Shown here: piece by piece, positions 29,261 to 38,617 of the stretch | How positions within the stretch are numbered: the first letter of the stretch is position 1 | How the letters are laid out: each line of letters opens with the position of its first letter | From: a phage | Assembly (NCBI GenBank): GCA_012401045.1 | Contig: GCA_012401045.1_4704.2 | Strand: one strand, 5' to 3' | DNA: 64,000 bases | Program-made: the position numbers and the translations under genes | Notes under the pieces: model-generated | Databases searched by the model: none | Told to the model about the DNA's origin: nothing | The model's input: the letters and a program-made list of their open reading frames with translations, nothing else

Positions 29261-30545
29261 TGCTGGTTTCCTCAAGTTCGAGATGCGCGTCAAGATAATC
29301 ATTAAGACCGTCGATGACGTCGCAGACAGTTAACAGGAATCGGGCAAAAGCAACCGCCTGGAAGCCGACGACGTTACGCGCGATACCCACACGTTGAACG
29401 ATAGCGGATGCGGCGGTATCGTTGTTGTCCATCTGTTGTAGCAGGCGCTCGTAAGGTTGAATCCATTCGTCCTGATCGGCAAGGCTTGCTTCAAGACAAC
29501 GTTTAAATTCCAACTGTCGTAGCGTAGACCATAACGTACTTAATGCGTTGATGATCGCGTTGGTTCCGTCGATAACATCGTTTAACGGCAAGAAACGGAA
29601 TCCGTCTTTTGCTGATTGGAAAGGTACGGCTTCCCACACAACGCTGAATTGCGTTCCTGTTGCGTCTTCGATGTTGTGTAATTTAAGATAGGAAGCACCA
29701 ACAGGTACGTCAACGACTAGATCGTCTGTTCCGGTAGGCGTTAACGGCTTCTCGCATAACGCATCGTTGATGACTTCAAGGATATTCTCCCAACAGGCTT
29801 CGTTTTCTGCAGCGATACCTTCTTTGTTATCCGCTGATGGTGCTTTTAGTAGCCGCATTAATAACGGATCGAGTTGACGATGCCACGCTGCGAGGATTCC
29901 TGTGTTCGTTACGATGTTTTCTGCGGTTTGTCGTAAATCAGCAATACTGCTTACCGCACCGCCTTTCGGATGAAGATAACGCCAGTTGTAGGGAAAGTTC
30001 TCCCAGAACGCGTTATCTTCATCGACGTCGTATTCGGAAATATTTTTCAACGCAACCGCTTTCTTTAATAACGGCTTCACCTGACGAACGAATCGACGAT
30101 AACAACGATTACAGATATCGATCGCGTAACGGTATAACTCGTTCATGTAAAGCCATAACGCTCGGGTTGCTTCTTTTGCGGTCTTGTCAAAACTTTCCAT
30201 GTTCAAGCTCATCCCGCTGGAAGTTTCCTCTTCCAGACCCTCGATGATTTGGTTTGGGTCCATCCCCATCCCGGCTGCTGCGGTTGTTGCGATATGTTTG
30301 ATGGTGTTAATATCGCGTTCTTCAACTTCAGCCATGTTTGGGACAATATCCAGCCTGAGTTTATTTAATGTTTGAAGGTGTTGTTCACCTTCTTTCATCA
30401 CCGTGTTTGTTTCGTCGATTGAGTGAAACTGATTCTCAATATTACTGGCATCGAGAACGTTGCCAGCGATACCGAACGATTCTACAGGTTCATCATCAAT
30501 CCCTTGAAATAACGATGTCATGGGTTGTTGTAACACGTTTTCCAT
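29244..30545 (-). CDS. paralogous virion protein family member (433 aa)
   Basis: ORF track; AGGAG RBS; contains one copy of the 25-nt repeat. Confidence 0.85.
   Translation of the reverse strand: MENVLQQPMTSLFQGIDDEPVESFGIAGNVLDASNIENQFHSIDETNTVMKEGEQHLQTLNKLRLDIVPNMAEVEERDINTIKHIATTAAAGMGMDPNQIIEGLEEETSSGMSLNMESFDKTAKEATRALWLYMNELYRYAIDICNRCYRRFVRQVKPLLKKAVALKNISEYDVDEDNAFWENFPYNWRYLHPKGGAVSSIADLRQTAENIVTNTGILAAWHRQLDPLLMRLLKAPSADNKEGIAAENEACWENILEVINDALCEKPLTPTGTDDLVVDVPVGASYLKLHNIEDATGTQFSVVWEAVPFQSAKDGFRFLPLNDVIDGTNAIINALSTLWSTLRQLEFKRCLEASLADQDEWIQPYERLLQQMDNNDTAASAIVQRVGIARNVVGFQAVAFARFLLTVCDVIDGLNDYLDAHLELEETSNAADL
30368..30392 (+). repeat. 25-nt exact repeat copy 1 (ATGTTTGAAGGTGTTGTTCACCTTC), inside CDS 29244-30545
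   Basis: Identical 25-mer at 51691-51715; contains 7-bp inverted repeat GAAGGTG/CACCTTC. Confidence 0.8.
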
Positions 30546-30645
30546 TTGGGACTCCTACGTAGGAAAATCTTGGCGGGTGATCATGTCCGCCATTTACCTT
30601 CTGAACCGTTGATTCAGAAGTCAAAAGATAACCGGATACCAACGC

Positions 30646-30689
30646 CATAAACCTTCCTCCAACCCAACAGGGAAGGAGGAAGGGATATG
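30646..30689 (-). terminator. GC-rich extended stem-loop, family member e
   Basis: CATAAA-CCTTCCTCC-AA-CCC-AACA-GGG-AA-GGAGGAAGG-GATATG. Confidence 0.5.
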
Positions 30690-30693
30690 GTGA

Positions 30694-31983
30694 TTATGCT
30701 TTTTCGGTCGCTGCGTTGAAGTATTTCGCAGCAGCAAATACAGCATCCGCATATTGACGTATCGAAGCGCGAAGAATCTTGGTTGACAATACTGTACTTA
30801 AACGTGCCATTTCAGAAACCGCGCTTACATAAGGACGGATGGTTTCACGATCGGCTTCAGGCAGCTTGTCAAGCATATCACCCCACTTCGTTTTGATTTT
30901 CATGCCGTTGAGTTTAGCGGTACGCTCCACAGAACCAGCCAAAGCTTCAACCATGTGGAAATAAGAGGAGTCTATCGTACGGAACACGTTAAGATAGGAA
31001 GTCAATGCACCTTTCAGTTCGTTATCGTCTTTGAAAATGTTTGCGTTCTCTATCTCACCGGTCGCCGTCGTCTCGGTTTCAACCCGAATATTTTTCACCA
31101 ACGTGTAGGCTTTAATCGCATCACGTTCGTTTTCAACAGCATCGAGACCTTGAATAACGAAACGTTTCCCACCGCTCTCTGGAAAAACAACTTTATTCAG
31201 AGCCGATTTGATCGCAAGCAGGTATTTGTCTAAGATAGACGGAAGCAGTGTGAGGTCAGTGAGGTCTGCGACCTTTTTATTGATATCAGCCACTTGCTTA
31301 AACAATGAATCCACCCCGCTTGCGCTTGCAGCGAGTTGTTCGATATGCTTGCTTGCAAACACGGCATTCGCTGATTTCGCATTAGGGAACATATTGACCA
31401 TATTTCCAGTGGGCTTATCCAACTGTTTGATATGGCGCTCACCTTTATTCACAGCGGTTGCGATGTTGACAATTTTGTTGTATGCGACAACCAGGTTCTT
31501 GAACAACATCTGGAACAGTTTGAACAGCTGCTCAGCGATATTCGCAATGATTACCCAGACCGCATATAACGCTTGTGCTGCGCGTTCTTTAAAACCTTCC
31601 AGTACAATAGCTTGCCCTTCCACCAAACGATCGTCGGCTTGGAACATGTCTTCATCGGACATCCCCAGGTTAGCTGCTGACGTCGAAGCAATCTGACGGA
31701 TAAGTGCGATGTCGCTGGCGCGAGCTTCAGGGATCGTAGGTGCGATCATGTACGCGGTATCTTCCAGCGTTGCTGAGGTACGCACCGCAATTTCAGCCAG
31801 TTCGCTGGATTCATCGATCGTCTCGTCGGTACGTCGAATCACCAACTCAACTTCGTCCTCTTCGATTTCTGCGTTAGGATCGTGTTGCTCCGCTGGAATT
31901 GCTGCAAGAAGATCTTCGGCGCTGAGCAATGCGAGTTCGAATGCGTTTTTATTGACGTTATCAAAAAGAGAAATACGTGCCAT
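30694..31983 (-). CDS. paralogous virion protein family member (429 aa)
   Basis: ORF track; AAGGAA RBS; motif VLEGFKERAAQALYAVWVIIANIAEQLF. Confidence 0.85.
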   Translation of the reverse strand: MARISLFDNVNKNAFELALLSAEDLLAAIPAEQHDPNAEIEEDEVELVIRRTDETIDESSELAEIAVRTSATLEDTAYMIAPTIPEARASDIALIRQIASTSAANLGMSDEDMFQADDRLVEGQAIVLEGFKERAAQALYAVWVIIANIAEQLFKLFQMLFKNLVVAYNKIVNIATAVNKGERHIKQLDKPTGNMVNMFPNAKSANAVFASKHIEQLAASASGVDSLFKQVADINKKVADLTDLTLLPSILDKYLLAIKSALNKVVFPESGGKRFVIQGLDAVENERDAIKAYTLVKNIRVETETTATGEIENANIFKDDNELKGALTSYLNVFRTIDSSYFHMVEALAGSVERTAKLNGMKIKTKWGDMLDKLPEADRETIRPYVSAVSEMARLSTVLSTKILRASIRQYADAVFAAAKYFNAATEKA

Positions 31984-31992
31984 GTTAGTTCC

Positions 31993-33309
31993 TTAACCTT
32001 TGGTATAAGCTTTAACGAGAGTGTTGATAAATGAAGTCAGTGCGCGAAGATATTGGTAAGCGAACTGGTTTTCAATACGGTTCTCTTTACCGCAAAGCAG
32101 AATCGCACGCTTAACGAGCTTAGGGTAGATCTCAACGTACGGTTGGTAGCTTGCATCAAAATTCTGCTCGTTGAAGCGTTTCATGGTGATTTCCTGGATG
32201 CGCTCCATGGTGCGAATTTTATTGCGAGAGAACATCTCAGAGAAAGCGCGTCCGCGTTTTGTTACCATCAACAGATCTTTCGCGAACGTCAGTTGTCGAA
32301 CGTTACGCAAATCGTCCGGTGTCGGCAGGACGTACGTTTCCGGGTCACTATCCCATTCAACATCTTCAACGACAATATCCAAGTCGAGGTAACGTTTAAC
32401 CGCATCGATGATATTGTCTTTTGACGCATCGAATTCTTTCAAGAAGACCGCGCCGTTGATGTAGCGGATGCGTTTTCCGGAAACCGTTGGGGTGATAACG
32501 TCAGTACCTTCCACGGAACCGCGATTTTCCAGCGTCGATTTGACAGCGTTCAAGAAAGTCAGATAATCAACGGGAAGTTTTTCAACCTTATCTAAATGGA
32601 AGTCGACGATGCTTAATCCTAACCCATCAATAACTGAATAGCCGTCTGATTTAAGGAACATCTGATTGAAGGTATCGATGTTGCTTTTCAGCGCGTCTAC
32701 GCCACCAACGTTGTTACGGTTAGGGAAAAGTGTCCGCCACTCCGCTTTAAACGCAACTTCTTTATTTTCCTCGTATTTGCCTTTAGGCATTTGTTCGAGG
32801 TCTGCAACGGCTTTCTGAAAATTGCGCGTCTCGTCGTAAACAAGACGGGTAAGCTTCTCGAAGGCTGCTGCCAAGGTCAGGGCAATATCAACGATGATAT
32901 CCCAGATCTTTTTCATGGCTTTTACAACGGTGTCCTTAAACCCTTCAATAACCAAAGCTTCTCCAACCTCAACACGATCGGTTGGCGTCAGCAATGCTTC
33001 GGAGGGTAGACCCAGAGCAATCGATGCGGATTCTTGCACGTTACGAACTAATGCAACGTCACTGTAGTTAGCCGATTCGATAGTCGGAGCAACATCAAAA
33101 CTGATTTCCCGCAGTGCAGCAACAGCAGGGAAAGCACGATCAAGTGCGTCTTCATGTTCGTCGATTGTCGCCAAACGCAATTCAACACCATCGGCATCGA
33201 TGACATCGGCTGTAGGCTCCACGGCAAGCGCCTCAGCAACAATAGGATCTTTTTCAAACGCCTCAAGGCTGATATCGCCTTGGGTCGCAAATAGCGGTAT
33301 GTGTACCAT
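31993..33309 (-). CDS. paralogous virion protein family member (~438 aa)
   Basis: ORF track; start moved to ATG (MVHIP) after GGAGA; motif VIEGFKDTVVKAMKKIWDIIVDIALTL. Confidence 0.85.
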   Translation of the reverse strand: MVHIPLFATQGDISLEAFEKDPIVAEALAVEPTADVIDADGVELRLATIDEHEDALDRAFPAVAALREISFDVAPTIESANYSDVALVRNVQESASIALGLPSEALLTPTDRVEVGEALVIEGFKDTVVKAMKKIWDIIVDIALTLAAAFEKLTRLVYDETRNFQKAVADLEQMPKGKYEENKEVAFKAEWRTLFPNRNNVGGVDALKSNIDTFNQMFLKSDGYSVIDGLGLSIVDFHLDKVEKLPVDYLTFLNAVKSTLENRGSVEGTDVITPTVSGKRIRYINGAVFLKEFDASKDNIIDAVKRYLDLDIVVEDVEWDSDPETYVLPTPDDLRNVRQLTFAKDLLMVTKRGRAFSEMFSRNKIRTMERIQEITMKRFNEQNFDASYQPYVEIYPKLVKRAILLCGKENRIENQFAYQYLRALTSFINTLVKAYTKG

Positions 33310-33350
33310 GTGTTGTCTCCAGTAATGATTCAAAAGATAAACCTGAGCGG

Positions 33351-33395
33351 CATAGAACCCTCTCCCAACCCGTCAGGGAAGGGAGAGGGGATATG
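33351..33395 (-). terminator. GC-rich extended stem-loop, family member f
   Basis: CATAGAA-CCCTCTCCC-AA-CCC-GTCA-GGG-AA-GGGAGAGGG-GATATG; only ~45 nt upstream of the next start codon. Confidence 0.5.
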
Positions 33396-33411
33396 TCAGT
33401 TTATTAACTGA

Positions 33412-34734
33412 TTACTGCTGTGCTGCGTCAGCCGGTTTCTCAGCCGCCTGGCCGCCGTACTCTTTCAGCATTTTAGCAACGCCATCCAGGACAGCGTTAC
33501 CTGCCTGAACACCGTATTTCATCAGACCAGTCTGCGGGTTCACGTAGCAGGAACGTGCGTCTTTCAGTGCAGACAGTACAGCTTGAACACGCTGTTTTTC
33601 CTGAGCGGAAACTTCGCCTTTCTTAGACAGATCGGCTTCCATATCGTCACCGAATTTAACAGCGTCTTTGAAGCCCTGGGATTTCTTACCGATGTTGCCT
33701 TTCAGCGCCAGCAGTTTGTCAGCCAGTACTTCAACACCGCTAACCGCAGCAGCCAGCTGATTCAGGGACAGGACGGTAGCTTCAACTTCTTTTGCTTCGC
33801 CAGAGCGTTCCCAGGTTACTTTACCATCGTTGGCTTTGAAACCCCAGCCCGCAGGACCAGCAACGTCGGCAATCGCCGGAGCGTTCAGTTTATCAGCGTA
33901 CTCGGTGTGAGATTTAGCGACAACGGTACCAACGAATTTATCAGCACGATCGTCAGCAGCCTTCATTGCTTTCTCGAAGGTGTCAGCGATTTTGGTCGCG
34001 CCGGTAACCAGATCATCACCACCGATGTAACCAGAAACGCCGCTACCCAGCTTAACTTTGGTATTTTTAGCAACGCCTTTACGCTTGCCGATCATTTCTT
34101 TCAGTTTAGCAGCACGTGCTTTCAGTTTGGTCGCGCCGTCGAAGATGCGATCCATGAACTTCACGAAGGTTTCCCAGGAAGTTTTCAGGAAGTTCTTGAT
34201 GGTTGCCCACAGTTTCTGCCACCATTTTTGTTCTTCCAGGAAGATCATGTTGGTTGCATCGTAGCGGGAAGCGGAACCACCGAAGCTTTCGAAGGACGGC
34301 ATGGTTTCCGGCAGTTTGAAACCGATAGTACCACACAGACGTTTCAGATTACGCATGTGTTCCTGAGCGGTCTGTGCAGACATACCGCCGTCTTTCAGGT
34401 AGCTTTCGGTTGCAACAACGGTTTCCGTCAGTTCATCCATGGCTTCGTCCATGGCTTCTGCGGTTTCGTCGTCTTTTGCAATTTCGATAACAACAGCATC
34501 AACCTGCTCGATATCACCACGAACTTCGATAGCCAGTTCGGTTTCAGCTGCGGTATCTTCAGCGATTTCAGCACGTTCGGTCAGTTCAGCCACAACGGTT
34601 TCATCCGCTGGTGCAGCATCAGCTGCCGGTTCTGCTTCAACGGTTGCCGCTGCATCCGGGTCGATCTCAGCAGCCAGTTGAACCAGCTGTGCGTTAGATG
34701 GATTTGCGACAAGACGATCAAAAATAGAAGGCAT
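33412..34734 (-). CDS. abundant paralogous virion protein (440 aa) with acidic Ala/Glu-rich N-terminal region
   Basis: ORF track; AAAGGAAA RBS; strong highly-expressed codon bias. Confidence 0.9.
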   Translation of the reverse strand: MPSIFDRLVANPSNAQLVQLAAEIDPDAAATVEAEPAADAAPADETVVAELTERAEIAEDTAAETELAIEVRGDIEQVDAVVIEIAKDDETAEAMDEAMDELTETVVATESYLKDGGMSAQTAQEHMRNLKRLCGTIGFKLPETMPSFESFGGSASRYDATNMIFLEEQKWWQKLWATIKNFLKTSWETFVKFMDRIFDGATKLKARAAKLKEMIGKRKGVAKNTKVKLGSGVSGYIGGDDLVTGATKIADTFEKAMKAADDRADKFVGTVVAKSHTEYADKLNAPAIADVAGPAGWGFKANDGKVTWERSGEAKEVEATVLSLNQLAAAVSGVEVLADKLLALKGNIGKKSQGFKDAVKFGDDMEADLSKKGEVSAQEKQRVQAVLSALKDARSCYVNPQTGLMKYGVQAGNAVLDGVAKMLKEYGGQAAEKPADAAQQ

Positions 34735-34798
34735 AATTTGTTTCCTTTACAATAAATTGCACATTAGCTAATGCGGCTTAAGTGAACCGTCAGCTCAC

Positions 34799-35329
34799 TT
34801 AAAAGCCCTTAAAACCCGGTGCCATAGGTTGCCCAAACACCGCATTCAAAGTACATATGATGTCCTGGATGCCATTGTCCCAATGGAGCCAAGTACGCAC
34901 CATCTCTTCGTCTGACAACGTGATATAACTCATAAGTTTACCGCTGCTTTCCAGACGTTGGTGTGAACTTAACGACTGACGATCTGACCAGTTATCAATC
35001 AATTGACCAGCAATCTGAACGTTCGTGTCTCGTCTACCCGTGTGAATGAACCGTAGTGTATCACGGATAAACTCCAGACTGGTGAAGTTCAGATTTGGGT
35101 TATGGCTGTTCATTTCCACCCAATCGGTGATGGGGTACATCAAACGATAAAGGGTAGAAAGAACCTGACGTTCATATTTCCAGTCATCGAGAGGAGTACC
35201 GTCGACCAGACGCTGATACAAACTAACAACGTCACGATCGTAGTTCTCCTGACGTTTTACACCGTTAACCGGAAATCCAAAGAACCCGGTACCGTATAAC
35301 GTTAAAGGGACGTCACGAAGTGCATTCAT
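34799..35329 (-). CDS. hypothetical protein (176 aa)
   Basis: ORF track. Confidence 0.75.
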   Translation of the reverse strand: MNALRDVPLTLYGTGFFGFPVNGVKRQENYDRDVVSLYQRLVDGTPLDDWKYERQVLSTLYRLMYPITDWVEMNSHNPNLNFTSLEFIRDTLRFIHTGRRDTNVQIAGQLIDNWSDRQSLSSHQRLESSGKLMSYITLSDEEMVRTWLHWDNGIQDIICTLNAVFGQPMAPGFKGF

Positions 35330-36228
35330 ACAGCCGCCTCTTCTTTTCGTTTAATATCGTAACGAAGTTTCTTCAGTCGCTCTTCGTGATATTCGATCTG
35401 CTGCTGGATTTTTGGATCGTTGCCTGCATTCTGCTGTTTTTGCTTCAGTGACAAAATCCAATACTCCAACGCTTGGGCTTCTTCTTTGGCCGCTTGTAAT
35501 GATGCTTCTTCACGTTCGCTGCGCCAGATACGGAAACGGTAAACAAGCGTGTCGGTTACATCACCGTTAGCCCACGAACCCATGCGCATCGGGTCAGTAT
35601 TACCCGCGTTGTACAATCCGTTACCAACACCGTCTTCATCAGAAACCACAACATCCGGGATTTTATCCAACCCAGCAAGGATCTGTTGTTTCTGTCCACA
35701 CAGCACCTCGGTGGCGATGGCGAAGCCGTACATGTTGGCGGTCAGGTAAGCAATCTCGTTTTTGGTGAAGAACTCACCAAGTGCTTTATCACCACCCGGC
35801 ATGCTTTCGCAGATGACCGTTGCACGAAGCAGCGTACGGGCGTAGCTAACGTAGAAGCCCAGGGATTCAACAAGACGTACCAGAGCGGCTTCTTTGAAAC
35901 TTAGACCGTCAGCAGCAACATCGATTTCCAGGTTTTTGTTAACGCGTTTAACAATTTCTGGAATCAGGTCAACAGCATTGCGTAGCGCTAAGTGAACGTT
36001 TTCTACCCAGCTTCCAGAGCGAACGCGGGTTAAACGCTGGTGAAGATCCTTGTCAGCAAGTTTCCATAAGGCGCTTTCACCCTTTTGGAGAAGCGAAGCG
36101 GATGTCTCGTAGTAAGGAATCGCGGTGTTGTTGATTTCGTCACGGATTGATTCGAGTGCGTCAGCAACACCGGTGCGTTTAAAAAGCGGCTTCAAACCGC
36201 GAATGAATTCTTTAAAATCGATTGCCAT
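35326..36228 (-). CDS. hypothetical protein (300 aa)
   Basis: ORF track; AGGTG RBS. Confidence 0.8.
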   Translation of the reverse strand: MAIDFKEFIRGLKPLFKRTGVADALESIRDEINNTAIPYYETSASLLQKGESALWKLADKDLHQRLTRVRSGSWVENVHLALRNAVDLIPEIVKRVNKNLEIDVAADGLSFKEAALVRLVESLGFYVSYARTLLRATVICESMPGGDKALGEFFTKNEIAYLTANMYGFAIATEVLCGQKQQILAGLDKIPDVVVSDEDGVGNGLYNAGNTDPMRMGSWANGDVTDTLVYRFRIWRSEREEASLQAAKEEAQALEYWILSLKQKQQNAGNDPKIQQQIEYHEERLKKLRYDIKRKEEAAV

Positions 36229-36267
36229 GAGTGAGCACCTATGCTATTTCGAAACAGGTTACGTGTA

Positions 36268-37374
36268 TTAACGAATCTGTGGGACGTTTCCGGTACGGAG
36301 CGCCTGGAGGATCGTCAGAAGATCGGAACCCGAGGTTGACGAACTGTTGGATTTTTCCAGTTGCTTGAAGCTTACGGTGGTCCCTTGATCCAAGCTGTGG
36401 AAATAGAAGGTCACCATCTCTTCAGCTTCGTCGATGATGATCAACTGCATTGCGAGGGCTTCAGCCATGACTTTCTGACGTGTGGTATAGTCAGATAAAC
36501 GACGTCCGATCTTACGCTCGATGGCTTCCTGGTTAGCCTTAGAGATGATATAGGTGGAGGCGATGGCTCCAGAAGAAGGGATCTTTGTGCTCGCTGCAGC
36601 TTTTGCGGCATTGATGCGTGCAGCATTAACAGCCTTGCGGATACCCTCTTTATCCATACGTGAGATTCGTTTATGTTCACGAACCAGATCGCTAAGCAGG
36701 ATCATATCGCTCCAGAAAGACAGCTCACCTGCCATCATGCGATGCCAACGTGCTCGCCAGGTGTTCTGTGGGCCACCGATCGCTAAAATCGATGCAAGCA
36801 CTTCCGCTGGAGAGCTTGCAATACGCATGCTGATGTTCAACGGCATTTTCATCGTTGCTTGACCATCGGTCAGCGTCACGGTTAAGAACTTGCCGGTAAC
36901 CGCGTTCGCATCTTTGTTCAGCAATTCGATCGCAGCGTCGCTGGCTCCAACATCGAGGCTATTTTTTTGTTTCCCCTGCAGGTTGAATCCTTTGTCATCA
37001 AGGAAAACAAGGCTTTTGCTATCCGCACTTTCCAGCGCTAATTTAACAGCCTTATCCATCAGGTTAGCGTTACGATTTGGGTTCACACGACCCAGCGTTT
37101 TGTCTACACTGATATTACCCACCTGCATGATGGTATTCAACGCCAGTAAATAGAACCCGGTATACATGTTTTCAGCGGTGCGCATGCAGTTGCCTAACGC
37201 ATTGCGTGCGTCGCTATAATACAACTCACGTTCAAAGATCAACGGCGCGATAACGCGTGAAGGTTGTGAGAGTTCAACCAGCGAACCTGGCTGGATAAGT
37301 TTATTAACTTCGTAGACTTTAGCGATACCGGACGCAACAACGTTAACAGCGTCGGCAATTTCTGATGCTACCAT
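36268..37374 (-). CDS. hypothetical protein (368 aa)
   Basis: ORF track; AAGGA RBS. Confidence 0.85.
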   Translation of the reverse strand: MVASEIADAVNVVASGIAKVYEVNKLIQPGSLVELSQPSRVIAPLIFERELYYSDARNALGNCMRTAENMYTGFYLLALNTIMQVGNISVDKTLGRVNPNRNANLMDKAVKLALESADSKSLVFLDDKGFNLQGKQKNSLDVGASDAAIELLNKDANAVTGKFLTVTLTDGQATMKMPLNISMRIASSPAEVLASILAIGGPQNTWRARWHRMMAGELSFWSDMILLSDLVREHKRISRMDKEGIRKAVNAARINAAKAAASTKIPSSGAIASTYIISKANQEAIERKIGRRLSDYTTRQKVMAEALAMQLIIIDEAEEMVTFYFHSLDQGTTVSFKQLEKSNSSSTSGSDLLTILQALRTGNVPQIR

Positions 37375-37408
37375 ATTGAAATCCTTATTTACAAATAAAG
37401 GAAAGAAA

Positions 37409-38614
37409 ATGTCTAATTACTACGACCAAGCTATTCAAACCATTCAGGAGAATAATGCGTCGTTAACACCCGAAGCTGTGGAGGCAGCGGGCAATGCGGT
37501 GTTATTCACTGATTCGGATTGGGCAATAGCGCGGAAGAATATTCGTACCAGTGTCGGTCAAGGGACATACGAGGACAGTATCGCCAGACGGTATCGGAAT
37601 GTGTCACCTATTCCGGGTAACAGCCCGATCCCGATTAACCGCGATCATGCCGGTATTACCTTCTTCACACGACCTAATTTACATCTTACCGACGCGAACT
37701 TAAAACGAGATCGACGTTTGTGGTCGTTACGTACGGATAACCCTAACAGTATTCAGGCTGTTGTCCGTGATTACTTGGACCCTGTGGGTGCCAGAAAGCG
37801 GAACCATCGAGGACGTGCCATCGTCGATGAGCGCAATCCATTCATAAGTATACTGACGGACAACCTAACGGATATCAGTGGCTTCAACGACATGGAAATG
37901 CAGGTTTACCAGGGTAAACCGGGATTACGTCAAGAAACCGTTGTGATGGCTGACGGTTCGGTGGATATGTTCCAGCCCTATAACCTGAACGCGACGTTCA
38001 AGAACATCATGGGTAACCCCATCATGTTCCTTCATTATATTTGGTTGATTTACATCGCAGGTGTGCATAATGGCGAACTGACGCCAAGCCCTCAGGCCAT
38101 CATTGATAATGAAATGGATTACTGGACAAGATGTTATCGTATCATCTTGGATCCGACTGGGATGTATGTTCGTTATATCTTCGCACCGACCGCGATGTTT
38201 CCTGTCGGGTTACCGATTGGTAATATGGCTAACTACAGCATCGATAAACCCTTCACGCAAGATAACGAACGTATCACTATCCCATACCAAGCGGTTGGTA
38301 ACAACGCATTCGATGAAATTCTGAAGGATGAATTCAATCGCCTTGTCCTGATGTTCTATTACGGTGAGAACGATACCCGTACGTTCCTTGAAGATGAGGA
38401 GCTGGTACCTATCTCACCCTACGAGCGTCGAATCATGTCGTATCGTGTCGATATGTATCCATTTATTCATCCGTTGACCTCAGAGCTTCTTTGGTTCGTA
38501 CCCGCTGATGATTACAACGAATTCTATCTGGATCTTGAGCCGTCGGCGTTACCACCGGATACGTTCAGTCGCGATCTTGTCCGTACCACCATTCCGCAAA
38601 ATTACGAGGGATAA
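37409..38614 (+). CDS. hypothetical protein (401 aa)
   Basis: ORF track; start moved to ATG after AAGGAAAG. Confidence 0.8.
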   Translation: MSNYYDQAIQTIQENNASLTPEAVEAAGNAVLFTDSDWAIARKNIRTSVGQGTYEDSIARRYRNVSPIPGNSPIPINRDHAGITFFTRPNLHLTDANLKRDRRLWSLRTDNPNSIQAVVRDYLDPVGARKRNHRGRAIVDERNPFISILTDNLTDISGFNDMEMQVYQGKPGLRQETVVMADGSVDMFQPYNLNATFKNIMGNPIMFLHYIWLIYIAGVHNGELTPSPQAIIDNEMDYWTRCYRIILDPTGMYVRYIFAPTAMFPVGLPIGNMANYSIDKPFTQDNERITIPYQAVGNNAFDEILKDEFNRLVLMFYYGENDTRTFLEDEELVPISPYERRIMSYRVDMYPFIHPLTSELLWFVPADDYNEFYLDLEPSALPPDTFSRDLVRTTIPQNYEG

Positions 38615-38617
38615 TAA

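Noticed and set aside
33583-34755. 390-aa plus-strand ORF antisense to gene 33412-34734; similar cases at 5265-6104, 25469-26104 and 27104-27856
   Set aside because: Each lies entirely within a well-supported minus-strand gene, lacks an RBS and has implausible composition
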